This document shows, one piece after another, positions 36,769 through 49,985 of a stretch of 64,000 nucleotides of DNA. The notes under the pieces are model-generated. The model was not told the DNA's origin. It was given only the letters and a program-made list of their open reading frames with translations, and made no database searches. The position numbers and the translations under genes are program-made. The DNA is taken from positions 4,650,001 to 4,714,000 of the forward strand of contig NC_081396.1 of assembly GCF_030684315.1 (NCBI RefSeq), given 5' to 3'. This DNA comes from Stegostoma tigrinum (taxonomy: Eukaryota). The stretch's first letter is position 1. Every line of letters starts with the position of its first letter.

Positions 36769-39700
36769 CTTTCAGTTCTCCAACTTGTGGACACACAGAA
36801 AAGTAAATCAATAAGCAAATGATTTTCTTGTCCGTTCACTGACATCTTAATTGTCTCTTCTCCAGCTCTACAAACGGACAATTCAAATGGCTCAATTTAC
36901 AATTTTTTTTTCTGTATGCCCCTCTCACTCCCTGTTCCTATTTTCACAGCACATAGTCTAAACTCAGAGTCAGGTGTCTCAGATTGCAGTTCAGAAACTC
37001 GCGCGGTTGCACCGGCTGTCACAAAGTCATCATGCTGTCATGGAAATGACATTTGACGTTGTTCTCAAACAGGATAGCTGCCAGTTAGCCCCGTGGACGA
37101 TACACGTGACCTGAGATCCACTGATCCTGGTTCTTTGGCCTCAACCAAACGTTTCCAGGCCTACTTCCTTTGACAAACTCTATCAGTGGAAGCAGTGGAT
37201 CTTGTCATTCAGGCCCACTGAACTCCCCAGGATATTACTGAAACTTCCCGCTCACCTGATAATGCCATTCATCCACAAAATTCGGACGCATGATCTGCAA
37301 CCCTCTGCGCATACTCCAGTTCACTGTGGGGCTTGGATGATTGATGGCAGCTCCATTCCAAGAGGAAGACCACAGAAGGAAGAGGCCTGAGGGCCAAAGG
37401 CTCTTTTGAAACCAATCGGGTGCATGAAGGGTGAAGCTGAGCCTCTGTATCGTTCATTGATTGCAATTTTGCCTCATTTGGAGATCTAATTTGCCTGACA
37501 CTCCATGATAAAATTGGATCATTCTGTTCGTGGATTTAAAAAGGTGCATGCCTGTGAGGTTGAAGCTAGAATTTCCACAAATGTTATTGAAATGAGGGAA
37601 CACAGTGAAATAATTTACAAATAATTAGAACACTGCCTAGAAGAAATAAACACAAAGATAACATTGTTACATCATTCCAACAGAAGTCAAAAATCCATAA
37701 GCAGAAATTATGCAAATTGTCGTGTCAGCGAGATACAGACAAAAGATCGATGAAGTGGGGATTTTCCTTCTGATTTCAAGTGCTGCAGACGAAAAAGCTT
37801 TTGCACAATCAGTTTTACCTTAATTAACACTGATATATTTTATCAATGCAAGCTTACTGAAAGCAATTTAAACAATTGATGCTTCGTGCGTTGTCATTGA
37901 TACAATGTAAAGTGAGTGCTCTTTTTTTTTCCATCTAATTTACCTTTCGAGCAGAGGAGCGCCGTGACAGAATCTTCAAAAGTCAGATCTGAAGAACATG
38001 TTTTAATGGATTAGACTTGCTCATTTCAACGAGGCAGGCATGAATAGATTTTTAGGAAAATTAAAAATAAAATAAACGAACTGCGATGCTTCTCATCTGT
38101 CAGAAATGATCCATTAACAAAATTCCCAGCACAGCTGAGAGACCATTCAGTGCTGTGCTGTATTTGAGACATCGTGAAATGGAACACAGTCAGTGCCAGT
38201 CGAGGAAAAATAATTGATAAAGTGAATAAGAATTAAATCCTTAATAAGAATGTTGAACTTTGCATGAGCGCTGACTGTGCCAGCTACAGAATGTATACTA
38301 TGAAAAGTGAATGATATTTTATTTTCGAGATCAACTAATTTAACAAGCTGCCGTTGTATGTTGTTTGTCTATGTCAACGCCAAATGGTCGTGATCATTGG
38401 TAAGATCAATTACTGAAAGGCCAGATAGAAACATGGAGGCCAATTATATCCAAATCATCACACCACCTCCCCGGCTACACCCCAACCAACAGTCCAACGA
38501 CAAGAGAGACATTTATCATTTTGAACAAAAATAGAGTGCAATGCCAAACTCACATGCAGCATGATATTGGAAAGAGCGATCACAGATGATTAGTGCAATT
38601 TAGCTCACTGTTCTTCTATTGTCTCTGTTATGCCTTTATGTCTGAATTCAATTAAATGACTCTTTCCTTTTCTTTGTTCTCTGGTTGTGTTTCATCGCTT
38701 TCGAAATTGTCATGCCATCAATGAACAGCTAACGCCAAATTGAAATAGTTTGAAATTTCTCTCTTACCAGCTGCTGTCAATGTCAGTCCGGAAAATGTGT
38801 TAAAATTTTATAATATTGAGCGATTCATTGATCACTTCAGATCGCAGATTATTTGCAACAGTCATTATCCATTCAACATCCTGGCTGAGAAATATATCAC
38901 CATCCTTCATTGTTACAGAGTTGTAATCCTGGAAATCTTTCCTGAATGGCATTGAGGGTCGAATTGCACCATTTGTCCACCAGCTGTCAAAGAAGGCAGA
39001 TAGCAACATCATCCGAAGGTGCAACGAGAGACGGGCAATAGATGTTGACCCTGCCAGCTCCATCTGGCTTCCAAAACTGCATTAAAAAAATAAAGAGTCA
39101 ATGTATTCTGATGACAGAGAATAGAGAGAAGTTGTACAGAAACAAAAATTGTGACAGAGTTATCAGGACTCTAGGATTATGTCTCATTTGGATCAGTGAC
39201 GAGTGGAGAGACAGAGAAAGTGTAATTTCCACAGCAACGGGATGTTTGAGTACTTACCATCATAGAGTTTTGAGAGCAATGAATTAATTGTCATATGCAT
39301 TGGAGCCACAGTTCTGAATATTGCTTTCGGAGCATTGTGATATGTTCACTTAATATGGAAAACAGAGATAATGTGAGTGAGTAAAGCTGGCAGAACAACA
39401 TTCGTCTTATCGAATAAGCGAGCTGTAAAACCTCGATTTGCAAGTAAAGAATGATATTTGTTTTTCGATTTTTGAGGTAGGGAGTGAAAAAATCAAAATG
39501 GACGAATAGAGGGACAAATACTAAAAAAAAAGACAGGGACGAAGTGAGAGAGAGAGGAACAGTACTTAACTTATTTTCTCAATAGTAGATGAGATGAATT
39601 TGTTCAGAAATTTTGAAGCCTTCAGCAAGTTAAAGATCTGCTCTGGCAGAGACTGATATTAATGCATCAAAAACATTCAGATTAGGAAGATGTAACTTTC

Positions 39701-41449
39701 CAGAATTTAATAGAACAGAACAGAAGACATGGAAGAATTATATGGCCATTTCATACGTCGAGTCGTCTCTACCATTCGATAAAGGTCGAAAATGGAACAT
39801 TCCAACATTTGTCATTTGTCTCAGTTATATTGCGGTCAACTACAGTGACCCGTGGAAATTGGAAAAAAAAAACTCCTTTGCAAAGTATAAACGTTTCCAC
39901 TTTCAAACTACAGAATGTTAGAGCACGAAAGGAGATCACTGTACCTGTTGTACCTTCGCCAGGAACCAATAAGATTGACTGAGCTATCTCCATCGCCAAC
40001 TGAACTCATCACTTTCAAAAGTATCCCCATTTCTCTTTCTTATTGAACCTCCAAAGGAATCCGCATCCCCGAAACACTCTCGACAGCATATTCCAAATCT
40101 TAACAACTCTCTGAGTTAAAAAAAAACCCTCGTTCTCTTGCTGACTATTGTGCAACTATGAGCCAAAATTACTCAACTACTATCCTCAGAGTTTGAGAGC
40201 AATGCATCTGTCAACGTTTTTCTCTGTTCAGTAGTTCATTTTGACGACCGATGAACATGTGTTTTTTTTTTGTAATGTAGCTGCTAAAAGTTCTGTATGT
40301 TTTGATTCTGAAAACTCGTGATAATTTCTATTGGAATCGCAAAGGAGGAGAAGAGCTTTTTTTAAAAAAGCAGAATCAGAAGCGTTCTTTTTCTTTCTCT
40401 TACTCTGTTCCTTATAATTTTTGCACTTCCTCACTTCGTCTATTTCTCTCCATCTCTTCCTGGGTGCCAAATGTTCTCTTTGAGAAAACTGTATTGACCC
40501 TTGCAGGGATTGTTCTGCCGATTCATGTCTCACAGAACATTGCTGCCCCTATCATTCTCAGTATTTATAATTGCTTTCATTTATTCTGGTTTTTTTCGGA
40601 CATTGCCGAATGTTGACTGATTAAAGATGTCTTTCAGCATCGGTTGACCTATTACTTTTGATGTAATTGCAGACCAGAAACTGCCGTTTTCAACTTGCAA
40701 TGTGACCAGGACTGAAATGCACTCTTCATGAATCGATTTACTCCCAAAATGGTTATAATTCAATCAGTGACAATTTGTACATGCAGTCTGCACAACTTAT
40801 TTCATGGTGCATATTCTGCTCAAAACACTCTTGCTCATCTGTACCTCTGACAGATTTAACAGTAAGAAACAAACTGATGCCGGGCATATTGAAGATAATC
40901 TGCTCCCAACTCCCTATGTTCTCTGCCCTTCTCCTTCGGAGTTACAGTTGATTGCATGCGATCGCAACACACAGTTCTTTGACAAGACCAGAGGAGATCA
41001 TGTCAGCAACTGTCTTCAGACAGTGCTCAGGGAATAACAATGCATTCTTTCTCAATCCATGAAAAAAGTTGTTGCAGTTTGCTGAAATAGACCAGAATAA
41101 GAATGCATTTCAGTTAAGATGAAGAAAACAAAGCCTTTTCGACAAGGAAGTCTTTTTTATTTAAATTGCCTTCCTCTGCACTTTTTCTGAAGCATCGAGC
41201 ATGCATTTCCTACGCTTGTTCAATAATTTCGTTCAAGCAATCAGATTTAGGACGAAATAGTTTAATATATGTTAAGAGCTGGAGCAGAGAATACGACGTC
41301 AGGCGCCCTCATGCCATCATTTAGCAAGATAATTGCTCATACATATATGTTTCAAGTTCCACAAACTCATTTACGAGTAATAGCTTTTTTTGTTTTTGTG
41401 TCACTTAGATTTTACTAAAGACTTTAGCATGGGTTTCAGATTGAACTTG

Positions 41450-42260
41450 CCATTTGAGTACATAGTTAGCTTAATTGCAGAAAATGAAATTAGTGGCAGA
41501 TCTTTTATTTCGGCCTCGAGGTTTGTGAATGGCAGTGTTCCACAGGGTTTGGGATCGGGTCTTCTTTTGGTTGTCATTGATAAATTCATTTGTATGAGAA
41601 ATATAGAAGGCACAGTAAGTAAGTTTGTGGATGACATCAAATTTGTTGTTTTTTGTGGACAGTGAAGAAGGCTTTCGAATATCACAAAGGGAGCTTGATC
41701 AAATGGATCAATGGGCTGAAAATGTCAGACAGAGTTTCGTCTATATGTGTGTGAGGTATGGTGCTTCGTTACAACAAACAAGGACATAGCTGATACAATT
41801 AATGGTCGGACAATTTCGGCGAGAAATCTCGGTGACCAGACACGTAATTCGTGAAAGTTTATGCCACATGCACAGGATCATTTAAAAAGGCATTTGGCAC
41901 ACTTGCCTTCATTATTTATTCCTTTGAACGTAGGGTTTGAGATGTTGTACAGGACATTGGTGAGGCCCCTGCTGGAAAAAGGTCCCCAGTTCTGGTCACC
42001 CAGTGATAAGAGGATATTATGAAGCTGGTGAGGCTTTAGAAGAGTTTCATCAGGATGTTGCCGGGTGTGGATTTTTCATCATTATTATTATTCACTGGAA
42101 CAGAGGAGGTTGAAATGTGCCATAATAGAAGCTCATAAAATAATGAGAGGCAAGGGCAGAGTCTTTGGCAGTTCTCTTTGCCAAAAGAAGTGGAATTTGG
42201 AGACGAGGCAGCATACTTTCAAATTGAGACGGGAGATACTTAAAAAAAACGTCATGAAGC
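41450..42260 (+). mobile_element. Decayed CR1-type LINE RT fragment
   Basis: GSVPQG…SKFVDDIK and SLEQRRL remnants. Boundaries approximate. Confidence 0.7.
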
Positions 42261-44545
42261 TTATTTTTATACACGAACTTATCAAGAGCATTCTGGAATG
42301 TGCAAACTTAAATCAAGTCACTGCTCATTTGTACCAGCTTCACTCCAACCTATCTTGATCAGACACTCCACTTTGATAAGGTCAAAATCTCTCCTGAAGC
42401 ATTTAGACTTACATCCTATGTTCAAGCTGAACGCCAAGCTCCGCACAGCTTGTGTGTCATAGCATTATCAATGCCCTCTAGAATTAAAGTATATCATTGT
42501 TACCATTCTGTTCAACTCTTCTGGCAACAAAGATTAGCATCTCATTTGCCTTCTTGCCAGCTATCTGTGCCAGAATACTGACTTTTTGTGATTCGTGCAC
42601 ATAAACAATTAAATTCTTCTAAAACTATGCAGTTGTTCTCCGTTTTGTAACTTCTGGGTGTTTTCAAATCTTATTTTGTTGCACATTTTGCTATTGTCTT
42701 CAAACTTAACTACATAACTTCGTTCAACTCACCAACGTCATTTATTTCTATTTTCAATATTTGAGCGTCCAACAAAGTCAGATTCAGCTTGTCACATCGG
42801 TCCAATTCGGAAAATAAATGCCCCCTGACGATTTCCTATATTTTCCCCCGTCAGCCAATCTTGTACTCAACATAATATCCATTCTCAACTGCAAAAGCTT
42901 TGATTTACCACGACAAACATGACAATAACCTCTGAATGTCGAAGTGCAGTAGCCTTTAGGTTGTCCTTTTCTTCATTATTCATTTTGCTTCTTCATGAAG
43001 TCCAGAAAATTGGTTAAACATCATCTCCCATTGAAGAAGCCATGGTGAGCCTTCCCAAGTACTATGGATATTGTCCAAGGGCTCAGTGAGAGCAAAATGG
43101 AGAAATGCAGGTGCTGGACATCTGAATCATATACAAAGAATAAAAGAGAAACTTAGCATGCCAGGCTGAATTTGTGGGGAGAAAGCAGAATTAGCAATTC
43201 AAGTCAAGTGGCGATTCAGTAAACTGAGCTTTGGGAAAGAATAAATCGACCGGAAAATTTAACATCGCTTTCCACCAACAAATTCACGAAAGCAGTGTCA
43301 AACATATGATTATTGATGTTGTCAGGACATCAGATCAAGACCTGCTTAATTTTCAGGAAGTGATATCAAACCGAAGCCAATCCAAACTGTCAACCTTTTT
43401 CTTTTGGATGAGCTGTAGATTTTAGAGGAGCAGACATATTCTTTGAATGCTTTAACAGCAGCGTTGTTTGTTCTGTCTGTGTAATGAGTAATTTCCATTG
43501 TTAGTTCGGCATTTGTAGTTTAAAAGAGTATTTAATGTTTCGAGGAACAAAATTGCAAAACACAATCAAGCATTCGACAAATATCGGAGCTGGATTGCAG
43601 CACATTTGGTAATGTGTACAATTCTGGTCTCTCTTCTTTAGAAAATGCAGGAATGTAAAGCACAACATAAGAAAGATTATGCAGCTGTGACGAGAACTGA
43701 GAGATTATTACTCACAGAAAGAAATGTGTAGACTTGTGTTCCTTTCTCTACTAATGGGAAGACTAACGGTTAACTAGACTGATGTCTTTACAATGTTTAA
43801 AAGATCTGATGTTGCGTACACTGAGGAGAACGTTGCACTTGAGGAAGATTCCAGAACTATAATTTTTTAAAATCAGTGGCACACAACAATCGAATGAAGA
43901 TTTCAGTGGAAAAATTGTTTAACCTTAGAACAGGAAAATACGACTGTTTAATGAGTCTCACCATGATTGGACTAAGTGAAAGCCTTGTACAGTAGCCACG
44001 AGAGGTTTCTGGGTCATATCTGCTGCCTGCTGATGGCGACAATAACAGCAGGCCATCCACTGAAGATGCAGCAGATGACAGTGAGGGAAAAGTCCCTGAA
44101 GACAATTCAGACAAAGAGCATTTAAAGTTGGACACAATGAATATTAATTCTGATTATGCATTGGAAACGAGGAGTCAAACGCTTGTTGTTTGTTTTGAAA
44201 TCTCTCCAAACTCTCTTTCCATTTTGGTAGAGAAAACAAACTCCGCAACCTGGCCATCACTGGCTGTATCCAGGGAATACAGATTCGTGAGGGTGAAAAC
44301 ATTAATTTTCGATGCGCAATTCCAGAAAGTCTCATGGACCAAAGACTGCCAGGTGAAGGAATTTCGAATAATTGCAATAACCTGATTCGACATCCCTCAA
44401 AGTTAAGGATACACATGGTAAAGACTCTGAATCTATTCCATAACAAGGGAAAATGGATATGTTTCAAGTATATGATGCAATGATGATGTTCAATGACATA
44501 AATGACGATAACCTGAAATGAATGGCTTGTGGCTTCCTCGGAAAA

Positions 44546-45021
44546 CTTCGTCAGAAAATCGATTAAATATTAAACTCTATAGGAGGGCTTTGAAAAATCT
44601 GAATTTTAAGTGCACAAAATAATTTGCTTGATTTAAGTGTGACCCATCCCACGCCGCTGTCTTGTTTCAGTCAAAATGAACGACTGGAAGTCAATGCCCA
44701 CGGATATTTTGGAAGCCAGTCTTTCTGAAAAGATTAATTTATCATTTGCCATAAATTCCCTCATCATATGTTTGAATGATGTTCTTCGTCAGAAAATCGA
44801 TTAAATATTAAACTCTATAGGAGGGCTTTGAAAAATCTGAATTTTAAGTGCACAAAATAATTTGCTTGATTTAAGTGTGACCCATCCCACGCCGCTGTCT
44901 TGTTTCAGTCAAAATGAACGACTGGAAGTCAATGCCCACGGATATTTTGGAAGCCAGTCTTTCTGAAAAGATTAATTTATCATTTGCCATAAATTCCCTC
45001 ATCATATGTTTGAATGATGTT
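44546..45021 (+). repeat. Direct tandem duplication, 2 x 238 bp
   Basis: 44546-44783 and 44784-45021 show no difference by eye. Confidence 0.95.
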
Positions 45022-45224
45022 TGCAATGCACCGACATAAATGGAGCAAAGGAAACCTTCTTCAATCAGCACCTATTCATCTCTGTTGTTGAATGTTCGAT
45101 TTTATCTCAATTCACAGCTTAACAAGAAAACGTTCAAGATGTCCTGCTTTCTGTACAGGTCACACGGCCTGTGCATATCCCACTGCCCACTCCATTTACC
45201 TTTTTTTTCCCAATGACAAAATGT

Positions 45225-45686
45225 TTTCTTTCGTCCAAGGTTCCTCTGGTTCTGGTAACAGTATATCTCAGCCCACAGCAATACACAACGCTGTCAGACG
45301 GCTGCAGCTCACTCATCGTGGAATTCCGCTCAGTTCTGGAATTGGCCGGAAATAGCAAAAGTAAAGCAACAATGTCAACATTCTGACAACATTTCCATAT
45401 TTAGTGATGTAGATACTTAAGTTTGGAGACTTTCTGGGGTCCTGAAGGTACAATTCCAAGTAATATGTGCAGTCTCTTGTCAAAGAAGGGAAATAAATAG
45501 CCAGTGCATTACCTTCAAACTGTACCACAACAAGTGGCTCCAGCGAAACCGAATCTGCACAATTAATGTGTAAACAAATACCGAAAGAAAATGTCATTCA
45601 AATGACGATTATACCCCCTGTTACCACGTGATAGCTTACATTGTCATATGGAGAAAGAAAACCAAAGTGAAGTTTGCAATAAGCAT
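45225..45686 (-). pseudogene. TCR Valpha/Vdelta-like pseudogene with leader, intron and dead RSS
   Basis: Minus strand: leader MLIANFTLVFFLHMT (45686-45640) with GTAAG donor; V frame NC-ADSVSLEPLVVVQFEGNALAIYF…TRDCTYYLELYLQDPRKSPNL; after a frameshift TMSELQPSDSVVYCCGLR; then TACTGTT - 22/23 nt - (A)CGAAAGAA. Cys23, Trp41 and the first C of the heptamer are lost. Confidence 0.72.
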
Positions 45687-46440
45687 ACTACCTAGATTTC
45701 GGCATTTGAAAACACCTTAACTTTCAAGTTAAGAGGGTTACAGGAGTGAGGAAAGAGCAAATATAAAGACCCCACATGTTTGCAGAATGTGTGGTTGGTT
45801 TGAAAAATAAAGCTAATTGAATTTAAATTGTTTCAGCAAAGAGTCAACAATGTGTCTTATCAGGTCTCCATACCCATTGGGTTAGTTCCGGGCAGAGACA
45901 CAAGGTTTCACACCATCGGCTTTTATCTTCCCTCTTCTCCAACCAATGATCTCGAAGTGCTGGTCAGTTGACCTCCGCGTGGGAGCTGGAGGAGATTGCT
46001 TGAACCATCAAACCGACTCGAACATGAATAAACTCGTGTTTGAAAGAATTCAATTCAGGCAGAATCCATGTATCATTTCTGTGTTTCAAGATTCATTCAT
46101 CTGTCAACAGTGGCTTAAAATATACTCAAAGCCACGGCGAAAAGCATTTTCTGAACCCAATAAAGCTGAAAGGAGTTTTTTTTTAACGGAGACAAGGTGG
46201 ATATTTATAGTTCGTAATTAATGTTGTTGTTGGACCTCCTCCATTAGGTGCAATGCTCACTGATCGTGTGCAACTCGCATGGCAATTATTCCACAGGAAT
46301 GTACTGAAGCGCCAATGTGAGACCCTATTATAAACTGTCCTGAACAGACAGCAGATGGGTCACAGATACCTGAAATAGTTGTTGTACGAGGATTTTACTC
46401 ATTCCCATCACAGTGAGACCAAATTACGCAGTAATAGTCA

Positions 46441-47536
46441 GTGCCAATCATCCAACCCAAACTTTGGGTCCGCTGTGTGGATGACAACTTTGTCATCACT
46501 GAACAAAATAAATTAGAGAAAACCTTCAAGACCATCAATAATACCCTTACTGGCATAATATTCACAAAAGAGGAGGAAAACAACAATAAACTTCCATTCC
46601 TAGATGTCACAGTAGAGCGAACAGCCAGTGGGGAACTTCAAACCAGCGTCTACAGGCAAACAACACATACGGGCCAAATACTGAACTACAGGAGCAACCA
46701 TCCCAACACCCACAAACGAAGCTGCATTAGAACATTATTCCAACGAGCCACCACACGCTGTAGCACAGAGGAACTACACAGAGCTGAAGAAAATCACCTA
46801 CACAGTGTATTCAAAAAGAACGGGTACCCTGTGAACGCAGTCAGCCGATTGCTCAGCAATAAACCCAAACAAACAGACAAAACGGGCTCAGAAACCATAA
46901 CCACTCTCCCCTACATCAAAGACATTTCCGAAATGACTGCCAGACTACTCGGACCTCTTGGCATCAGGGTAGCCCACAAACTCACCAACACGCTTAAACA
47001 GCAGCTATGAACTTAAAAGACCCTATACAGACAACAAATAAAACGAATTACATCTAAAAAATACCTTGCAAGAACTGTGACAAGCACTGCATTGGACAAA
47101 CAGGCAGAAAGCCAGCCACCAAGATACATGAACATCTACTAGCCACAAAACGACATGACCCACTATCACCCGTATCCTTACATACATATGAGGAAGGACA
47201 CCACTTTGATTTGGACAACATATCCATCCGAGGACATGCCAAACAGAGACACGCACGAGAATTCCTAGAAGCATGGCATTCCAACCGGAACTCCATCAAC
47301 AAACACCTTTATTTGGAGCCAATCTACCATCCCCTGAGAAAAGGAACAGGAAATGACATCACCAAACCAAGGAAACCTGACCAGATAAATAGAAAGTGGG
47401 ACATCACACCAGTGCTTCGTCGGAGGCTCACTGATGATGTTACCTAGAACGGTGAGGAAACTTCTGAAAACTAACCTTCCAGCTCAGCGAGCAAACTCAC
47501 ATCCAGAACCTCAACATGATCTACAAATCTTCTCAA
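46441..47536 (+). mobile_element. 5'-truncated Penelope-like element, family B
   Basis: ORF 46441-47010 has WVRCVDD (YVDD-derived), KLPFLDVTV, SNHP and TLPYIK; then a broken GIY-YIG (KIPCKNCDKHCIGQTGR) and a 3' repeat with a mutated hammerhead (47431-47468). Confidence 0.88.
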
Positions 47537-48732
47537 TAGTCAATGGTGTCAGACAGCAGCACCTTCGAGATATTCAATTGGGACAATCTGTTTATCGGTT
47601 GGAGGGTATCTGAAAATTATGCCTCAGAGAAATTTGTCTTTACTTCAGCAGAACGTCCCGAGTGCCTCCAGACTTGAAATTCAGTCTGTCTACCTGGGCA
47701 CTGACGGCGCCAGCTTAAGGAATCAGCATAATCAGAGTCGGTGCACTTTCAAGTGGCATCTTCTCCATCTGTCTTTGTTGTTGTTGAGAAACAGAAGCTC
47801 CATCGCTCAATTCTGGAACACAACGTTACAGAAAAACAGCTATTTAATATTGCATTGAACTGAATTGCAGGTTGGAAGACACGGCTCTACGAAAAAAAAG
47901 CGGGGTTTCAAAGGAGAAAAGGAGGCCATTTCGTGCACCAGGCCTATGTCTGTGAGTATTATAACTACCAACATCCTGTGTACATCAGCCTTTAATTTGA
48001 TTAGCAAATCTCCTCATCCCTTTTTCCGATGCACATTTATCTTGTCTCATTTTAATTTGCGATTTGTTATTCACTCCAAATGGCCACGGCCATGACAACC
48101 ACATTTTACTTGATCTCTTGATGAATGAACTTCTCCAAAAAGCCATCATGGATCATTCTATGGCAAACAATGTGCTCATTTAAATTTATCAATGTGGAAT
48201 GTTTCTCCGGTGGGATAGTGTTCTCTTTGTCCAGAACCGAAGATATGTCACCATAGAAATGTCACCAGTCTGGTTCCTCGTTCGTCTTCTCGCCAGCTCA
48301 GAAACTCAGGGATTCAATATGACTGGCTTTATGAACAACAGGTATGAAATGGTAAACTGTGAAAGTTATTCTGTTCTCTCAGACCAAATTCACACTTTGA
48401 TATTCAGAATGAATTAATTGTTCATAAATCCGTTTATAGTAAACTACAACATGTACTTCATTGAATTTCAAATGACGTATGTTCGGTTATTAGTTTTGTC
48501 CGAGTACTGAAAAATGCGACTGCTTTTGACCATTTCCCCCACACCCCCTGGACTGTGAAGTTAGAATGTACTAGACATAGATTCAAAAACATTCAGTGTG
48601 AGGTGCCTTATCCGCTCCAGGCAAAGGAAAAGTGCACAAGAAATTCCGGATCATGCACGATCACAAGGCGAAGTGTCAGCTCCCGTTATAACCAAAGCAA
48701 ATGGTGAAGAAAAGTAACCTGCTACATCTCGC

Positions 48733-49172
48733 ATGATGAACGGCTAAGGATCCTCGGATTGTACTCATTAGCGTTTAGAAGGTTGAGGGGAGATCTATTA
48801 GAAACTTACAAGATAATGTACGGTTTAGAAGGAGTGGATGCAAAGAAGTTGCTTCGGTTAGGTGAGCAGACGAGTACCCGTGGGCACAGCCTTAAAATTA
48901 AAGGGGGGATATTTAAAACTGAAATGGCGTGACATTTCTTCAGCCAGAGAGTGGTGAGCTTGTAGAATTCTTTGCCACGGAGTGCAGTGGAGGCTGCGAC
49001 GTTGGATGCCTTCAAGGCAGAGGTCGACAAATTCTTGATCTTAGAAGGAATCAAGGGTTACGGGGAGAGTGCAGGGAAGTGGAGTTGAAATGCCCATCAG
49101 CCATGATTTAAATGTGGAAAGGACTTGATGGGCCGAATGGCCTTACTTCCACTCCTACGTCTTACGGTCTTG
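48733..49172 (+). mobile_element. CR1-type LINE 3' fragment
   Basis: LGLYSL…RRLRGDLLETYKIM and FFSQRVVSL coding remnants plus the 3' tail. Confidence 0.85.
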
Positions 49173-49794
49173 TGGTGTTATCTCATAAACCCATTAATGC
49201 TGCTGCCATCTGACGTGGAACATTTCTTTCATTATTCTGCATCTTGGTTGAAACTTTTTAAAGCGAAGTTAAAACACGAGAGGCATCCTTGGCGTCTCAT
49301 CTTAAAAGCAGGTTCTACTGATTAATAATCAAAGGCACCACACAGTGATCAGTGCTCAAACCTAATCGAACATTTCACAGGAAGATTTATTTTCTCCACG
49401 CGCCCCTTACTGAAGACAACATTTTGTTGAGCCTTAAATCCAGGTACTTTTCTTTAGCTCTGACGAAATTATTGTGCATCGGTTTAGCTTTGTTAGTCTG
49501 TGGGTTTCGAAATACATTGTCGCCACCAAAAGTGATGGCAACACCTCCATTGGTGGTGGAATGTTTATACTTCTTTTGACCAACTTTTGGAAAATCAATC
49601 TGTTCCAATCGAGGCAACAGCACTTCACGAAAGATGAGCTGCCTTGTAAAAGCCTCCGACTTGGAGAAGCACCTCATTTTATTCTATTTGTTTCTACTGA
49701 CACACAATATCCAAATTACACTCAGCTGAAGAACTGAATGAATTAATTTGCTTTGGCCACTTCGTTCACTGAAGGAAATATGCTTTGACTGCAA

Positions 49795-49985
49795 GATAAC
49801 AAAGTGTGACTCTAGAAGAACACAGCAGGCCAAGCAGCATCTCAGGACGACAAAAGCTGACAGTGAACGATCTAGGCCCGAAACGTCAGCTTTTGTGCTC
49901 CTGAGATGCTGCTTGGCTGCTGTGTTCATCCAGCTTCAAACTTTGTTGTCTTGGATTCTCCAACATCTGCAGTTCCCATTATCAC
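49795..49985. mobile_element. Short palindromic PLE family A 3'-end element
   Basis: Same inverted layout as 35155-35340. Confidence 0.8.

Noticed and set aside
36915-37130. Minus-strand SELQ…DS…LCAV V-like ending
   Set aside because: Wrong spacing, no FR2 Trp, no valid RSS.
30735-37717. Isolated octamers (30735, 37710; also 8539, 11043, 62012)
   Set aside because: A handful are expected by chance in 64 kb of AT-rich DNA; no accompanying motif cluster noted.
37940-38010. Minus-strand DLTFEDS…LC motif
   Set aside because: Isolated short match with no upstream domain.
40640-41030. Minus-strand LT*SPLVLSK…AINC and …TLQVENGSFW fragments resembling a V exon
   Set aside because: Too decayed to separate from chance by eye; worth including in an HMM scan only.
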